In this document: piece by piece, positions 47,141-60,900 of the stretch | How positions within the stretch are numbered: position 1 is the stretch's first letter | How the letters are laid out: each line of letters begins with the position of its first letter | NCBI GenBank assembly: GCA_950097015.1 | Contig: CATNEN010000006.1 | Location: 432,128 to 496,127 of the forward strand | DNA length: 64,000 bases | Origin: Macrostomum hystrix | Taxonomy: Eukaryota > Animalia > Platyhelminthes | Direction of reading: 5' to 3' | Program-made: the position numbers and the translations under genes | The notes under the pieces: generated by a model | Seen by the model: only the letters and a program-made list of their open reading frames with translations | Databases searched by the model: none | What the model was told of the DNA's origin: nothing

Positions 47141-49231
47141 ATGCAACTCCGCTTCCTGCACCAGCTCGCTGTTTTTAGCTTCGTTGCTGCTTCCTTAGCG
47201 GCCGCATCCACTGGGACTGGCCGCGTTGAGCTGCGCCACAGCTTCCCAGAGGAGCTCCCGGTAGGCAGCCGGGTGGCCGACCTTCGCCAACTCTTGCGCG
47301 TCCAAGCCGGCCGTCTGGACGCCGACGCGCCAGAGCTGGAGTTCCGCCAGCTCTACGACCCCGGCGGCCTGCTCAGTGTGCATCCGAACACCGGGACGGT
47401 CGATGTCCGATCTCGCGTCGATCGGGAGGCCCTGTGCGCCGCAGTGGACACTTGCTGCCAGGGAGCCAGCAGCTCGGACTGCCGCCTGTCGCCCACTGTC
47501 GGCCTCCTGGACTCGCGCACCGGCGGCGGCGCCGGCGGCAGCGGCAGCTTTCGAGACATCCTCCAGCTCGAACTAGACGTTATCGACATCAACGACAATG
47601 CGCCGCGCTGGCCGGCCGCGAAGCTTCCACTGGATATGCCAGAGCACACTCGGCTTGGCGCCAAATTTAGCCTGCAGCCGGCAGAAGATCCGGACAGGGC
47701 GCCGGACAACACGACCCGCTCCTACAGGCTGCTTTCAGCCACAAAAGCTGGCGCCTTCCGGGTCGCCTTTGAGTCATCCGGCCTGGACCCGACCGCTGCG
47801 CCGCACGTCTGGCTGGAGGTGCTCGAGGATCTCGACAGAGAAACCCGGTCCAGCCATGAGTTGGTCATTGCTGCAGTGGACGGTGGGCCCGAGCCACTGA
47901 CTGGCACAGTCACCGTTAGTGTCGTTCTCACCGACATCAATGACAACGCGCCGGTTTTCGTACGACGCAACCAAGACGCCGTGAAAACTGTCCCGGAGAC
48001 TATGGCGCCGGGTAGCCAGCTGCTGCGCGTGGAAGCCACGGACCGGGATGACTCGGACGCCGGAAGCCTTCGCTACCGGTTCAGCGTGTCCGCTAGTCGC
48101 GCGGTTCTCGAGGACTTTGAGATAGACTCGGTGACTGGAGTCATCTCCGTGCGCCAGCTCGACTATGAGACGCGGCGCGAGTACAGTATCCCTGTGACCG
48201 TCTCCGATGGGAAGCACCTCGTCGAAACCACAGTGGAGGTCCGCGTCCTGAATGTCAACGACAATCCGCCGGTGATCGCTGTGAAGAGTGTCCAGCAAGA
48301 CGCGGCACGGTCGGACGCGTTGGTTGTTCTCGAAAATGCACCAGCTGGTAGCCTTATCGCCACCGCGGATGTGAAGGACGCTGACGACAAGGCCATGCAG
48401 GAGGCGGTCGACTGCAGCATCCAGCCTCCAGGCCAATTCGCCATCCAGCCCCTGTATGAATCAGCGCGGTACCAGTTTAAGATAGTCAGCACTCTTAGCT
48501 TCGATCGCGAGGTCCGAGCATCCTACACCGTCGAAGTTGTCTGTCGAGACCGCGGTAGCCCCACCCAGGAAGGCCGTCACCGGCTGCGGATTCTCGTTGC
48601 CGACATCAACGACAATCGACCGAGATTCGCAAGCAGTTTGGTGCGCGCCAGGCTGTCCGAGAACTCCGGCGACGGTGCCTTCGTGGCTCGCGTTCAAGCC
48701 GACGATCCAGATGAGGGCGCGAATGGAAGGGTGCGATACTCTTTGGCGCCAACATCAGCGGCGGACTTCGCCATCGATCCGTACAATGGCACCGTGACGG
48801 CAAGGCGCAGCTTCGATCGCGAGAAAATCGAAGTCCTTCACGTTGTCATATTTGCCCAGGATTCGCCAACCGAAAGCGGCGAGAGCCTGACAGCAACTAC
48901 CAGTCTTGTTGTCAATATCGTCGACGTCAACGACTGTCAACCGAGGCTTGACCGACGCTTGTACAGTTTGGCCGTGGAAGAGGGCTCGCCAGCCGGTACT
49001 CGGATTGGTCGAGCTAACGCTGTCGACTGCGACGCTGATCCGCGGCACAGGAACGTCACCTACCGGCTTGCGAGCGACGGCAGCGGCAGCTCCATTGAGC
49101 TCTTCAGTGTCGCGCCTGGCAGTGGCGAGTTGTTCACGACAGGAGCGGGCGAGCTGGACAGAGAGAGGCGCAACTCGCACAGCTTCCTGCTGGTGGCCGA
49201 CGATGGAGTTGGCCTGGCGGACACGGCGCAG
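47141..49231 (+). CDS. delta1-like protocadherin, coding exon 1 (signal peptide, EC1 to most of EC6)
   Basis: 704-aa ORF with a signal peptide and repeated PE, DxD, DRE/DYE and DxNDN cadherin motifs. Donor GCGCAG|gtgaga (phase 0). Confidence 0.95.
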
Positions 49232-49339
49232 GTGAGAATTGAGATATGGTATTGAATTCTAAACTCAGACCAAACTATCGTAATAATGCGGGCTTGCGTC
49301 CAGCGGGCTTTGGACATGAGGCATTAATTACGCTCGTAA

Positions 49340-49470
49340 CTGCAGTCGACCCGCATACAGCAAGGATGTATTTTGACCCACTCCTCTGGTCGTTTAAGCA
49401 CACGGTAAAGAACTCAGGCTTACACCTCACGAAGGTGTCCACATCTGCCCTGACTTTATCATTTTCAGGC
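49340..49470 (-). mobile_element. Decayed SINE A fragment in protocadherin intron 1
   Basis: GGTGTCCACATCTGCCCTGACTTTATCATTTTCAGGCCGTGTAC matches the family A core. Confidence 0.55.
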
Positions 49471-49556
49471 CGTGTACAAGTACGAGTACATGTAACTTCG
49501 CTATTTCCCACTGAAACCCCGCGAAATTTCGATCCTAACTGCAAAATAACCCCCAG

Positions 49557-50211
49557 GTGACAGTCTCCGTGACCGACCGGAACGACAACCATCCGCGCTG
49601 GATGTTTCCTGGTGAGTCCGGCCGCTCGTTGAACATCTCGCAGCACAGGCCAACCGGTAGTCCAATCGCCCACCTGCATGCCACGGATGCCGACGCAGGA
49701 GAGAACGGCACCGTGGTCTACAGCCTGCTGGCTCCGCAGCCCTACGACAACCTGTTCGTCGTCAGCCGGGATGGCAGCCTGTCGCTCGGCCGTCCAGTCG
49801 ATGCCTCCCGCGACATCGGCGTTGTGCATCGCCTGGTTTTAAACGCTTCTGACCGCGGACGGCCGCAGCCGCTGAACAGCATCGAGACAATGGAGATTCG
49901 CATTTTGGAGTTGGCTGGCGGTGGCTTCGGAGGGCACTCAGCCAGAACCTCCGAGAGCAACCTGGTCATCATCGTCGCCATGGTAACGGTGACGCTTGCC
50001 GTATCTCTGGTGCTCATTGGGGCCATATTCTGTTTGAGGTGCCGAAGCTGCGGCGCTGATCGGAGGCAGCGCAGGCGGAAGATTAACCGGCAGCAGCAGC
50101 AACAGCAACAGCCGCTGACGCCGCCACCATCGCCACCGTTGCCTCTGCCTCCGCAGCCTCTTCTTCTGGGGCCGTCAGTTGATTACTCACCCGAGTGCGG
50201 ATATCGCTGCG
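49557..50211 (+). CDS. Protocadherin exon 2 (end of EC6, EC7, transmembrane helix, juxtamembrane polyQ/polyP)
   Basis: ccccag|GTGACAGTC gives VTVSVTDRNDNHPRW. TM segment NLVIIVAMVTVTLAVSLVLIGAIFCL. Donor TGCG|gtgagt (phase 1). Confidence 0.93.
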
Positions 50212-52466
50212 GTGAGTCCTTCGCCTATGGGATACTATGGAAATTCCACGTGCATTCCCTGCAACATTTGATGCATCAGGTTTAAAGATCCAAAGCAGAT
50301 TAACTTATAAATTCGCCATAAAGCACTTTAGAAGTGATATAAGCCTTACTTGAAAAAGCCTTAGAGTGTGACAGATTTCTTCAGCGCCGAATCTCGTCCC
50401 TAATTTCACAGCTGTCATCCTCACCTTACTGAAACCCCACCTCCAAATCTTGTCTAACTACCCCAGCAATCGCGCGCACACCATGGATTTAAATTGTTTA
50501 CCCACCTGCCAGGGCTCTAAAGACGCATTAAAGAAAGAAGCCAGGAGTCCATGTGCTTCCATTCACACACAATTCTCTTGCATAAGAAGCGACTCCTTCC
50601 TTCTCTTGGTGGTAGGCAGCGGGGTTTGAGCTGAATAAGAGGAATTGAGACAAGAGGATATTTTGAAAGACAGCCACCGCTCCCTGCTTGTGGGAACTTG
50701 TGGGAACTGCCCCCACATCCTACTAGCCCATTGGCAGCCCTGCCGATTTTGAGCCCGCTGTGAAAACGGGTTAGAAGGAAAGAAAAGAAAAAACACAAAA
50801 ATAAAAAACTGCTGAAAAATCACTGCACATTTTCAGCTACTTCAGGTCCACTTCAGTTCGCCGCGTGTGTTTGTTGAAATTCAATGCCTGTACTGATTTT
50901 CTCATCCCTGATGTGTATGTGGGTTTCTAAGAAATCTAGTTTTATATTTTCTGTGAAAATTAGTGCGCTTTCTAAGAAACTATTTCCCGTTTGTATGCAT
51001 AAGCAAGCGACTGTAGTTGATTTTCAATCAAATTTCGCTGCCATTCACCAAATTATGTAACAGGTAAAAACTTCCCTATATTTTATATTTCAGTAAGTTT
51101 AGTTGAGCCTGTGTTAGTAGCGTCGTACTTCTGACGGAGGGGTCGGGAGTTCGAATCCTAGGTATTTCCCCAGGAGGGAAATAGCCTGGTGGTTGAAATT
51201 GGCTGTATCTATTTCCCGTCCGCTGACGTTAACTTTTTTCGTTTTTTTTAATCGGCTATTTAAATGAATAACTATGAGACACAACTGTCAAACAACTGTC
51301 AAATCTCCCACTGGGGGTCTATTTCGATATTTAAAATCACCACCTGGCTCCCCTCAGTGTCAGAATTAATATAATCATTGATTGACAATGTTCTAATGAA
51401 AATGCCAAACTCCGGTTGAGTGTAAAATGACACACCTATCAACTGTCAGTCGTTGAGTTTCAATTATATTGCTAAAAGTTTCCTCGTTGACACCTGCCTG
51501 AGCTCATTGTTCTCACCCAGACAACAGCCTTGACAACAGAGTCAAATTATTTTTTTCAAATGTAACAAAACAAAATGCGCTGCTACAAAGACAATGGAGA
51601 TTTTCGAGTGGTTCCTAGAGCTTTGGAAACTTTAGAAATCTGGTCCGCCGAGTCGTCCGCCGAGTAGTTTGAGCACCCTAATTCAAGTTGCGCAATAATT
51701 AACCTCTAGCTAAACCCAGGTGCGCGGGTTTCTGTTTGAGTTTAGCCTCCAGGCAAGCCTACTCAATTGTGCTCTGCTCAAGTGGCTCATCATCCAGTGT
51801 GTCCCACTCTGCTCTGTTTGAGCATTCAGCTCACAAAAAGCGACCGCCAGCAAAAAATTGGAATTCTCTTGAGGTAATAAAACAGTTATCTAGACGCCTG
51901 TTGCGTCACCGACTTTGGGAACCGCCCAGACACCAGCGGAGGTTGAGGTGGGGTGGCATTTTCGATGACTCGCACTCTGAAGTCTCCGGACCGCTGGCTA
52001 AGCAGAACGATGTGGAGTCGAATTTCAATATTAGTTGTTTCTCAGCTGACAGATAGATTGACTTCAGAAAGCGCTTAATCTCTCGATTATTGTTGGCTCG
52101 ACCATCCGTTTGACTGCTTGAAAAACTTTATTCGATCTCTAAAGTAATCAGACCACTCTCCAAACTTTCTCTCCTCTCCTCTACCTTATCTCACTTATAT
52201 CTCCTCTCTTCACTCTCTTCTCTCCTCTCTCTTATCTATTCTCTTCTATCCATTCTTTTATCTCTCGCCTCTTCTCTCCTTCTCTCTCCTTCCTTCTTCT
52301 CTTCTCTCTCATTTGCTTACTTTCTTTCGTCCCAACTTTCGATTCGCTGAATTTAAATCCACAATTTCTTTCTGGCTCTGTCGCAGCCCTCTTTCTGTAA
52401 TTTTCCTTTTAACATTTTCTGCTACCTTTACAAATTTCTGAGGCGCAATCTCAAAATCCCTTTCAG

Positions 52467-52574
52467 ACTCGATGATGCGCCGGGACCAGCTCGTGGACAG
52501 CCACTATCAGGTGCAGCTGCCGCTGAGCCCTCTAGACAGCGAGGGCACCGTCAGGCGGGTGGCCTTCACCGGAA
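52467..52574 (+). CDS. Protocadherin cytoplasmic exon 3
   Basis: ccctttcag|ACTCG...GGAA|gtgagg, 108 nt, phase 1-1: DSMMRRDQLVDSHYQVQLPLSPLDSEGTVRRVAFTG. Confidence 0.75.
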
Positions 52575-52779
52575 GTGAGGTGAGGCCGCGCTTCTAGTCT
52601 ACAAAACACCTGCCCGGCTGTTCCAAAGAACTAATTTCTATGTAGAAGAATGAAGGCTATAAAATGCTGCCAAGTCCTTTCATTTCCACCTGATTTCTGG
52701 CCCAGACACTGAATCAGAAGGCTCTTATTTTCATAGAAAAAATATGAAATTTGGGGAAAAATCCCCTATTTAGAATATT

Positions 52780-55700
52780 CCCAATTCCCCAGTTCCCCAG
52801 AATCTTCCCCAGTTCAGAAACTTACCCGATTCAGAATCTTCCCCGATTCAGAATCTTCCCGGATTCAGAATCTTTCCCGATTCAGAATCTTCCCCGATTC
52901 AGAATCTTCCCGGATTCAGAATCTTCCCCGATTCAGAATCTTCCCGGATTCAGAATCTTCCTCGATTCAGAATCTTCCCGGATTCAGAATCTTCCTCGAT
53001 TCAGAATCTTCACGGATTCAGAATCTTCCCCGATTCAGAATCTTCCCCAATTCGGAATCTTCCCCGATTCAGAATCTTCCCGGATTCAGAATCTTCCTCG
53101 ATTCAGAATCTTCACGGATTAAGAATCTTCCCCAATTCAGAATCTTCCCCCGATTCAGAATCTTCCACGATTCAGAATCTTCCCCGATTCAGAATATTCC
53201 CGGATTCAGAATCTTCCCGGATTCAGAACCTTCCCCAATTCAGAATCTTCCCGGATTCAGAATCTTCCCCAATTCAGAATCTTCCCCGATTCAGAATCTT
53301 CCCCGATTCAGAATCTTCCCCAATTCAGAATCTTCCCCAATTCGGAATCTTCCCCAATTCATAATCTTCCCCGATTCAGAATCTTCCCCGATTAAGAATC
53401 TTCCCCAATTCAGAATCTTCCCCAATTCGGAATCTTCCCCAATTCATAATCTTCCCGGATTCAGAATCTTCCCCGATTCAGAATCTTCCCCAATTCAGAA
53501 TCTTCCAGGATTCAGAATCTTCCCGGATTCAGAATCTTCCCGGATTCAGAATCTTCCCCGATTCAGAATCTTCCCCGATTCAGAATCTTCCCCGATTCAT
53601 AATCTTCCCCGATTCAGAATCTTCCCCGATTCAGAATCTTCCCCAGTTCAGAAACTTACCCGATTCAGAATCTTCCCCGATTCAGAATCTTCCCGGATTC
53701 AGAATCTTTCCCGATTCAGAATCTTCCCCGATTCAGAATCTTCCCCGATTCAAAATCTTCCCCGATTCAGAATCTTCCCCGATTCAGAATCTTTCCCGAT
53801 TCAGAATCTTCCCCGATTCAGAATCTTCCCAATTCAGAATCTTCCCAATTCAGAATCTTCCCCGATTCAGAATCTTCCCCGATTCAGAATCTTCCCCGAT
53901 TCAGAATCTTCCCGGATTCAGAATCTTCCTCGATTCAGAATCTTCCTCGATTCAGAATCTTCCCGGATTCAGAATCTTCCTCGATTCATAATCTTCCCGG
54001 ATTCAGAATCTTCCCCGATTCAGAATCTTCCCCGATTCAGAATCTTCCCCGATTCAGAATCTTCCCCAATTCAGAATCTTCCCCAATTCAGAATCTTCCC
54101 CGATTCAGAATCTTCCCCGATTCAGAATCTTCCCGGATTCAGAATCTTCCCCGATTCAGAATCTTCCCCGATTCAGAATCTTCCCCGATTAAGAATCTTC
54201 ACGGATTCAGAATCTTCCCGGATTCAGAATCTTCCCCAATTCAGAATCTTCCCCAGTTCAGAAACTTACCCGATTCAGAATCTTCCCCGATTCAGAATCT
54301 TCCCCAATTCAGAATCTTTCCCGATTCAGAATCTTCCCCGATTCAGAATCTTCCCCGATTCAGAATCTTCCCCGATTCAGAATCTTCCCCGATTCAGAAT
54401 CTTCCCCGATTTAGAATCTTTCCCGATTCAGAATCTTTCCCGATTCAGAATCTTTCCCGATTCAGAATCTTCCCCGATTCAGAATCTTCCCAATTCAGAA
54501 TCTTCACCGATTCAGAATCTTCCCCGATTCAGAATCTTCCTCGATTCAGAATCTTCCTCGATTCAGAATCTTCCCGGATTCAGAATCTTCCTCGATTCAT
54601 AATCTTCCCGGATTCAGAATCTTCCCCGATTCAGAATCTTCCTCGATTCAGAATCTTCCTCGATTCATAATCTTCCCGGATTCAGAATCTTCCCCGATTC
54701 AGAATCTTCCTCGATTCAGAATCTTCCCCGGATTCAGAATCTTCCCCGATTCAGAATCTTCCTCGATTCAGAATCTTCCCCGATTCAGAATCTTCCCCGA
54801 TTCAGAATCTTCCTCGATTCAGAATCTTCCTCGATTCAGAATCTTCCTCGATTCAGAATCTTCCCGATTCAGAATCTTCCTCGATTCATAATCTTCCCGG
54901 ATTCAGAATCTTCCCCGATTCAGAATCTTCCTCGATTCAGAATCTTCCTCGATTCATAATCTTCCCGGATTCAGAATCTTCCCGATTCAGAATCTTCCTC
55001 GATTCAGAATCTTCCCCGATTCAGAATCTTCCCCGATTCAGAATCTTCCTCGATTCAGAATCTTCCCCGATTCAGAATCTTCCCCGATTCAGAATCTTCC
55101 TCGATTCAGAATCTTCCCCGATTCAGAATCTTCCCCGATTCAGAATCTTCCTCGATTCAGAATCTTCCCGATTCCGAATCTTCCCCGATTCATAATCTTC
55201 CCGGATTCAGAATCTCCTCCCCAATTCAGAATCCTTTCCCGGATTCAGAATCTTCCCCGATTCGGAATCTTCCCGAATTCAGATATCTTCCCCGACTCAG
55301 AATCTTCCGGATTCACGAATCTTCCTCGATTCAGAATCTTCCTCCGATTCATTAATCTTCTCCGGATTCAGAATATCTTCCCTGATTCAGAATCTTCCCT
55401 GATTCAGAATCTTCCCGATTCAGATCTTCCCCGGATTCAGAATCTTCCCGGATTCAGAATCTTCCCGATTCAGAATCTTCCCCTGATTCAGAATCTTCCC
55501 CGATTCAGAATCTTCCCGGATTCAGAATCTTCCCCGATTCAGAATCTTCCCGGATTCAGAATCTTCCCGGATTCAGAATCTTCCTCGATTCAGAATCTTC
55601 CCGGATTCAGAATCTTCCTCGATTCAGAATCTTCTCGGATTCAGAATCTTCCTCGATTCAGAATCTTCACGGATTCAGAATCTTCCCCGATTCAGAATCT

Positions 55701-58700
55701 TCCCCAATTCGGAATCTTCCCCGATTCAGAATCTTCCCGGATTCAGAATCTTCCTCGATTCAGAATCTTCACGGATTAAGAATCTTCCCCGATTCAGAAT
55801 CTTCCCCCGATTCAGAATCTTCCACGATTCAGAATCTTCCCCGATTCAGAATATTCCCGGATTCAGAATCTTCCCGGATTCAGAACCTTCCCGGATTCAG
55901 AATCTTCCCCAATTCAGAATCTTCCCGGATTCAGAATCTTCCCCAATTCAGAATCTTCCCCGATTCAGAATCTTCCCCGATTCAGAATCTTCCCCAATTC
56001 AGAATCTTCCCCAATTCGGAATCCCCAATTCATAATCTTCCCGATTCAGAATCTTCCCCGATTAAGAATCTTCCCCAATTCAGAATCTTCCCCAATTCGG
56101 AATCTTCCCCAATTCATAATCTTCCCGGATTCAGAATCTTCCCCAATTCGGAATCTTCCCCAATTCATAATCTTCCCGGATTCAGAATCTTTCCCCGATT
56201 CAGAATCATCCCCAATTCAGAATCTTCCCGGATTCAGAATCTTCCCGGATTCAGAATCTTCCCGATTCAGAATCTTCCCCGATTCAGAATCTTCCCCGAT
56301 TCAGAATCTTCCCCGATTCATAATCTTCCCCGATTCAGAATCTTCCCCGATTCAGAATCTTCCCGGATTCAGAATCTTCCCCGATTCAGAATCTTCCCCG
56401 ATTCAGAATCTTCCCGGATTCAGAATCTTCCCCAATCAGAATCTTTCCCAATTCAGAATCTTCCCCAATTCAGAATCTCCCCGATTCATAATCTTCCCGG
56501 ATTCAGAATCTTCCTCGATTCAGAATCTTCCCGGATTCAGAATCTTCCCCGATTCAGAATCTTCCCCGATTCAGAATCTTCCCCGATTCAGAATCTTCCC
56601 CAATTCAGAATCTTCCCCGATTCAGAATCTTCCCCGATTCAGAATCTTCCCCGATTCAGAATCTTCCGGATTCAGAATCTTCCCCGATTCAGAATCTTCC
56701 CCGATTCATAATCTTCCCGGATTCAGAATCTTCCCCAATTCAGAATCTTCCCGGATTCAGAATCTTCCCCGATTCGGAATCTTCCCCGATTCAGAATCTT
56801 CCCCGACTCAGAATCTTCCCGGATTCAGAATCTTCCTCGATTCAGAATCTTCCCCGATTCATAATCTTCCCGGATTCAGAATCTTCCCTGATTCAGAATC
56901 TTCCCTGATTCAGAATCTTCCCCGATTCAGAATCTTCCCGGATTCAGAATCTTCCCGGATTCAGAATCTTCCCTGATTCAGAATCTTCCCTGATTCAGAA
57001 TCTTCCCCGATTCAGAATCTTCCCGGATTCAGAATCTTCCCCGATTCAGAATCTTCCCGGATTCAGAATCTTCCCGGATTCAGAATCTTCCTCGATTCAG
57101 AATCTTCCCGGATTCAGAATCTTCCTCGATTCAGAATCTTCCCGGATTCAGAATCTTCCTCGATTCAGAATCTTCACGGATTCAGAATCTTCCCCGATTC
57201 AGAATCTTCCCCAATTCGGAATCTTCCCCGATTCAGAATCTTCCCGGATTCAGAATCTTCCTCGATTCAGAATCTTCACGGATTAAGAATCTTCCCGATT
57301 CAGAATCTTCCCCCGATTCAGAATCTTCCACGATTCAGAATCTTCCCGATTCAGAATATTCCCGGATTCAGAATCTTCCCGGATTCAGAACCTTCCCGGA
57401 TTCAGAATCTTCCCCAATTCAGAATCTTCCCGGATTCAGAATCTTCCCCAATTCAGAATCTTCCCCGATTCAGAATCTTCCCCGATTCAGAATCTTCCCC
57501 AATTCAGAATCTTCCCCAATTCGGAATCTTCCCCAATTCATAATCTTCCCCGATTCAGAATCTTCCCCGATTAAGAATCTTCCCAATTCAGAATCTTCCC
57601 CAATTCGGAATCTTCCCCAATTCATAATCTTCCCGGATTCAGAATCTTCCCCAATTCGGAATCTTCCCAATTCATAATCTTCCCGGATTCAGAATCTTCC
57701 CCCGATTCAGAATCTTCCCCAATTCAGAATCTTCCCGGATTCAGAATCTTCCCGGATTCAGAATCTTCCCGGATTCAGAATCTTCCCGATTCAGAATCTT
57801 CCCGATTCAGAATCTTCCCCGATTCATAATCTTCCCCGATTCAGAATCTTCCCCGATTCAGAATCTTCCCGGATTCAGAATCTTCCCCGATTCAGAATCT
57901 TCCCCGATTCAGAATCTTCCCGGATTCAGAATCTTCCCCAATTCAGAATCTTTCCCAATTCAGAATCTTCCCCAATTCAGAATCTTCCCCGATTCATAAT
58001 CTTCCCGGATTCAGAATCTTCCTCGATTCAGAATCTTCCCGGATTCAGAATCTTCCCCGATTCAGAATCTTCCCCGATTCAGAATCTTCCCCGATTCAGA
58101 ATCTTCCCCAATTCAGAATCTTCCCCGATTCAGAATCTTCCCCGATTCAGAATCTTCCCCGATTCAGAATCTTCCCGGATTCAGAATCTTCCCGATTCAG
58201 AATCTTCCCCGATTCATAATCTTCCCGGATTCAGAATCTTCCCCAATTCAGAATCTTCCCGGATTCAGAATCTTCCCCGATTCGGAATCTTCCCCGATTC
58301 AGAATCTTCCCCGACTCAGAATCTTCCCGGATTCAGAATCTTCCTCGATTCAGAATCTTCCCCGATTCATAATCTTCCCGGATTCAGAATCTTCCCTGAT
58401 TCAGAATCTTCCCTGATTCAGAATCTTCCCCGATTCAGAATCTTCCCGGATTCAGAATCTTCCCGGATTCAGAATCTTCCCTGATTCAGAATCTTCCCTG
58501 ATTCAGAATCTTCCCCGATTCAGAATCTTCCCGGATTCAGAATCTTCCTCGATTCAGAATCTTCCCCGATTCAGAATCTTCCACGATTCAGAATCTTCCC
58601 CGATTCAGAATCTTCCCCGATTCAGAATCTTCCCCGATTCAGAATCTTCCCGGATTCAGAATCTTCCCCGATTCAGAATCTTCCCCAATTCAGAATCTTC

Positions 58701-58992
58701 CCCAATTCGGAATCTTCCCGATTCAGAATCTTCCCAGATTCAGAATCTTCCCCAGTTCAGAATATTCCCGAATTCAGAATCTTCCCTAATTCGGAATCTT
58801 CCCCGATTCAGAATCTTCCCGGATTCAGAATCTTCCTCGATTCAGAATCTTCCTCGATTCAGAATCTTCCTCGATTCATAATCTTCCCGGATTCAGAATC
58901 TTCCCCGATTCAGAATCTTCCTCGATTCAGAATCTTCCCCGATTCAGAATCTTCCTCGATTCAGAATCTTCCCCGATTCAGAATCTTCCCAG
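52780..58992. repeat. 17-bp satellite (GATTCAGAATCTTCCCC)n, ~360 copies, in protocadherin intron 3
   Basis: Directly visible, with variant blocks recurring at kilobase scale. Confidence 0.98.
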
Positions 58993-59689
58993 TCCTCTTT
59001 CAAATTCAAAATCAGCACAATCTGGAATTCTCGATGCCAGTGTTGAGTGTTGAATCGTGTTTTAGCAAAGCGGGATTCCTTTCAAACGCAAAATTTGCAG
59101 CGAAACGACACAACAGTCAAGTTTATCTGGGATGAGTCAGCATCTTCTAAAGACGCGAAAACTCCCAAATCTTTGCTTTGACATCAAAGAAGCCTGACAT
59201 CCTCACTACACAGGAGGCTGAAACTACGCTTCCTAATTAGTAAATCACTGCGATCCTCTACTCCTTAGAGTGTGTCTTCCGCTGAACTTGCTGTTTCAAT
59301 TCCTTCTTTGATTTCTCGGCCTTTCCACTGTTGCCGCTTATAGATCTGCTCGAAGTGTTGGTGAGCAATTCTCCACCCTCATGACGGTCGTTGCTTATGG
59401 ATCCGCGAGCTAATCGTGTGTGTGATAAGAGGAAGTGATGGAAATAAAAAGTTAATGTAGGACTCGTGAGACGAATTTCTTATTTTATAAGTTCTACTTA
59501 TCTTTATCTTCCATTAAAATCCCCCATTATCCACACTGTCATCCCATTCTATTCATGTTCACCTTTCACTTTTCTCTTTCTCTCTCTCCACCTTCGCAAA
59601 GTCCCAAATCCTTACATATCCTCTCTTCCTGTATGTCCGTTGATCTCTCCCTTCCACTCTTTCCCTATATCTCTCTCCCTTCCCCTCTG

Positions 59690-60270
59690 TCCCTAGATCT
59701 GTCTCTTCCCCTCTGTCCCTAGATCTATCCCTTCCCCTCTGTCCCTAGATCTCTCCCTTCCCCTCTGTCCCTAGATCTTTCCCTTCCCCTCTGTCCCTAG
59801 ATCTTTCCCTTCCCCTCTGTCCATAGATCTCTCCCTTCCACCCTGTCCCTAGATCTCTCCCTTCCCCTCTGTCCCTAGATCTTTCCCTTCCCCTCTGTCC
59901 ATAGATCTCTCCCTTCCCCTCTGTCCCTAGATCTCTCCCTTCCCCTCTGTCCCTAGATCTTTCCCTTCCCCTCTGTCCCTAGATCTCTCCCTTCGCCTCT
60001 GTCCCTAGATCTCTCCCTTCCCATCTCTCCATAGATCTCTCCCTTCCCCTCTGTCCCTAGATCTCTCCCTTCCCCTCTGTCCATAGATCTCTCCCTTCCC
60101 ATCTGTCCCTAGATCTCTCCCTTCCCCTCTGTCCCTAGATCTCTCCCTTCCCCTCTGTCCCTAGATCTCTCCCTTCCCCTCTGTCCCTAGATCTCTCCCT
60201 TCCTCTTTGTCCCTAGATTTCTCCCTTCCCCTCTGTCCCTAGATCTTCCCTTCCCCACTGTCCTTAGATC
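59690..60270. repeat. 26-bp minisatellite (CCCTTCCCCTCTGTCCCTAGATCTCT)n, ~22 copies
   Basis: Directly visible. Confidence 0.94.
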
Positions 60271-60809
60271 TATCTTCCTTTCCCTAGGAAGGAAGAGACT
60301 TCCCCCTTTTAAAGTTCTCTTCAAAACTCCCGTTGTATTCTATTGGCCATTATTGTGTTTTTCTTACACTTTTTTGCAATATTTTAAGAAACTCAACATC
60401 TCGGAGCACGAAATTCCCAGGTGGCCATCGTGTCTTGTATTCTCGTAGAAGCAAAATTTTCAAAATTTTAGTTTGAGTAAAATTCATAGATTTACTTTTA
60501 GCCAGCCACTGATTAGAGCACTCTATGGGATTAAGGGGGCCGCGCTCAGGGCTAGGAGAAACTGAAATGAGAAGAACACTCGGCAGGTAGCTGGTTGAGG
60601 GGGCTAAATAGGCAGCGGAAACGAAAGCAGAAGAGATGAGATGATTAAGTCAGGGGAAAGTGAACTGATTAAGTAAGCTCTCAGGTGAATATGTCCTCAG
60701 GATGGTTAATCCGTTAACACTCTCCACACCTTCTTAATTAGCGTAATCCACATTGCCTTACAACCGAATATTCGATTCCATCCCACATGACAGGGAAAAA
60801 TCCTATTAG

Positions 60810-60884
60810 ATGACGCTGAGAGTTTGGACAGCGGCAAAGGCTGCAGCAGCGACAATGGCAGCCGGTCCATGAAGGCTGCTAAAG
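60810..60884 (+). CDS. Protocadherin cytoplasmic exon 4 (DSGKG motif)
   Basis: cctattag|ATGACG...AAAG|gtaagt, 75 nt, phase 1-1: (N)DAESLDSGKGCSSDNGSRSMKAAK. Confidence 0.75.
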
Positions 60885-60900
60885 GTAAGTGTGCAGAATA

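Noticed and set aside
47353-49829. Antisense and alternative-frame ORFs over the protocadherin
   Set aside because: Expected by-product of GC-rich codon usage, with no independent motifs.
51830-51873. Possible extra protocadherin exon (cattcag|...GAG|gtaata)
   Set aside because: At 44 nt it would break the phase 1-1 frame between exons 2 and 3.
52575-52579. Alternative donor 5 nt downstream of exon 3 (GAG|gtgagg)
   Set aside because: It gives phase 0 and a stop within exon 4, so the upstream donor is preferred.
55150-55480. Stretch of irregular 1-2-nt indels within the 17-bp satellite
   Set aside because: The pattern resembles unpolished long-read error rather than biology.
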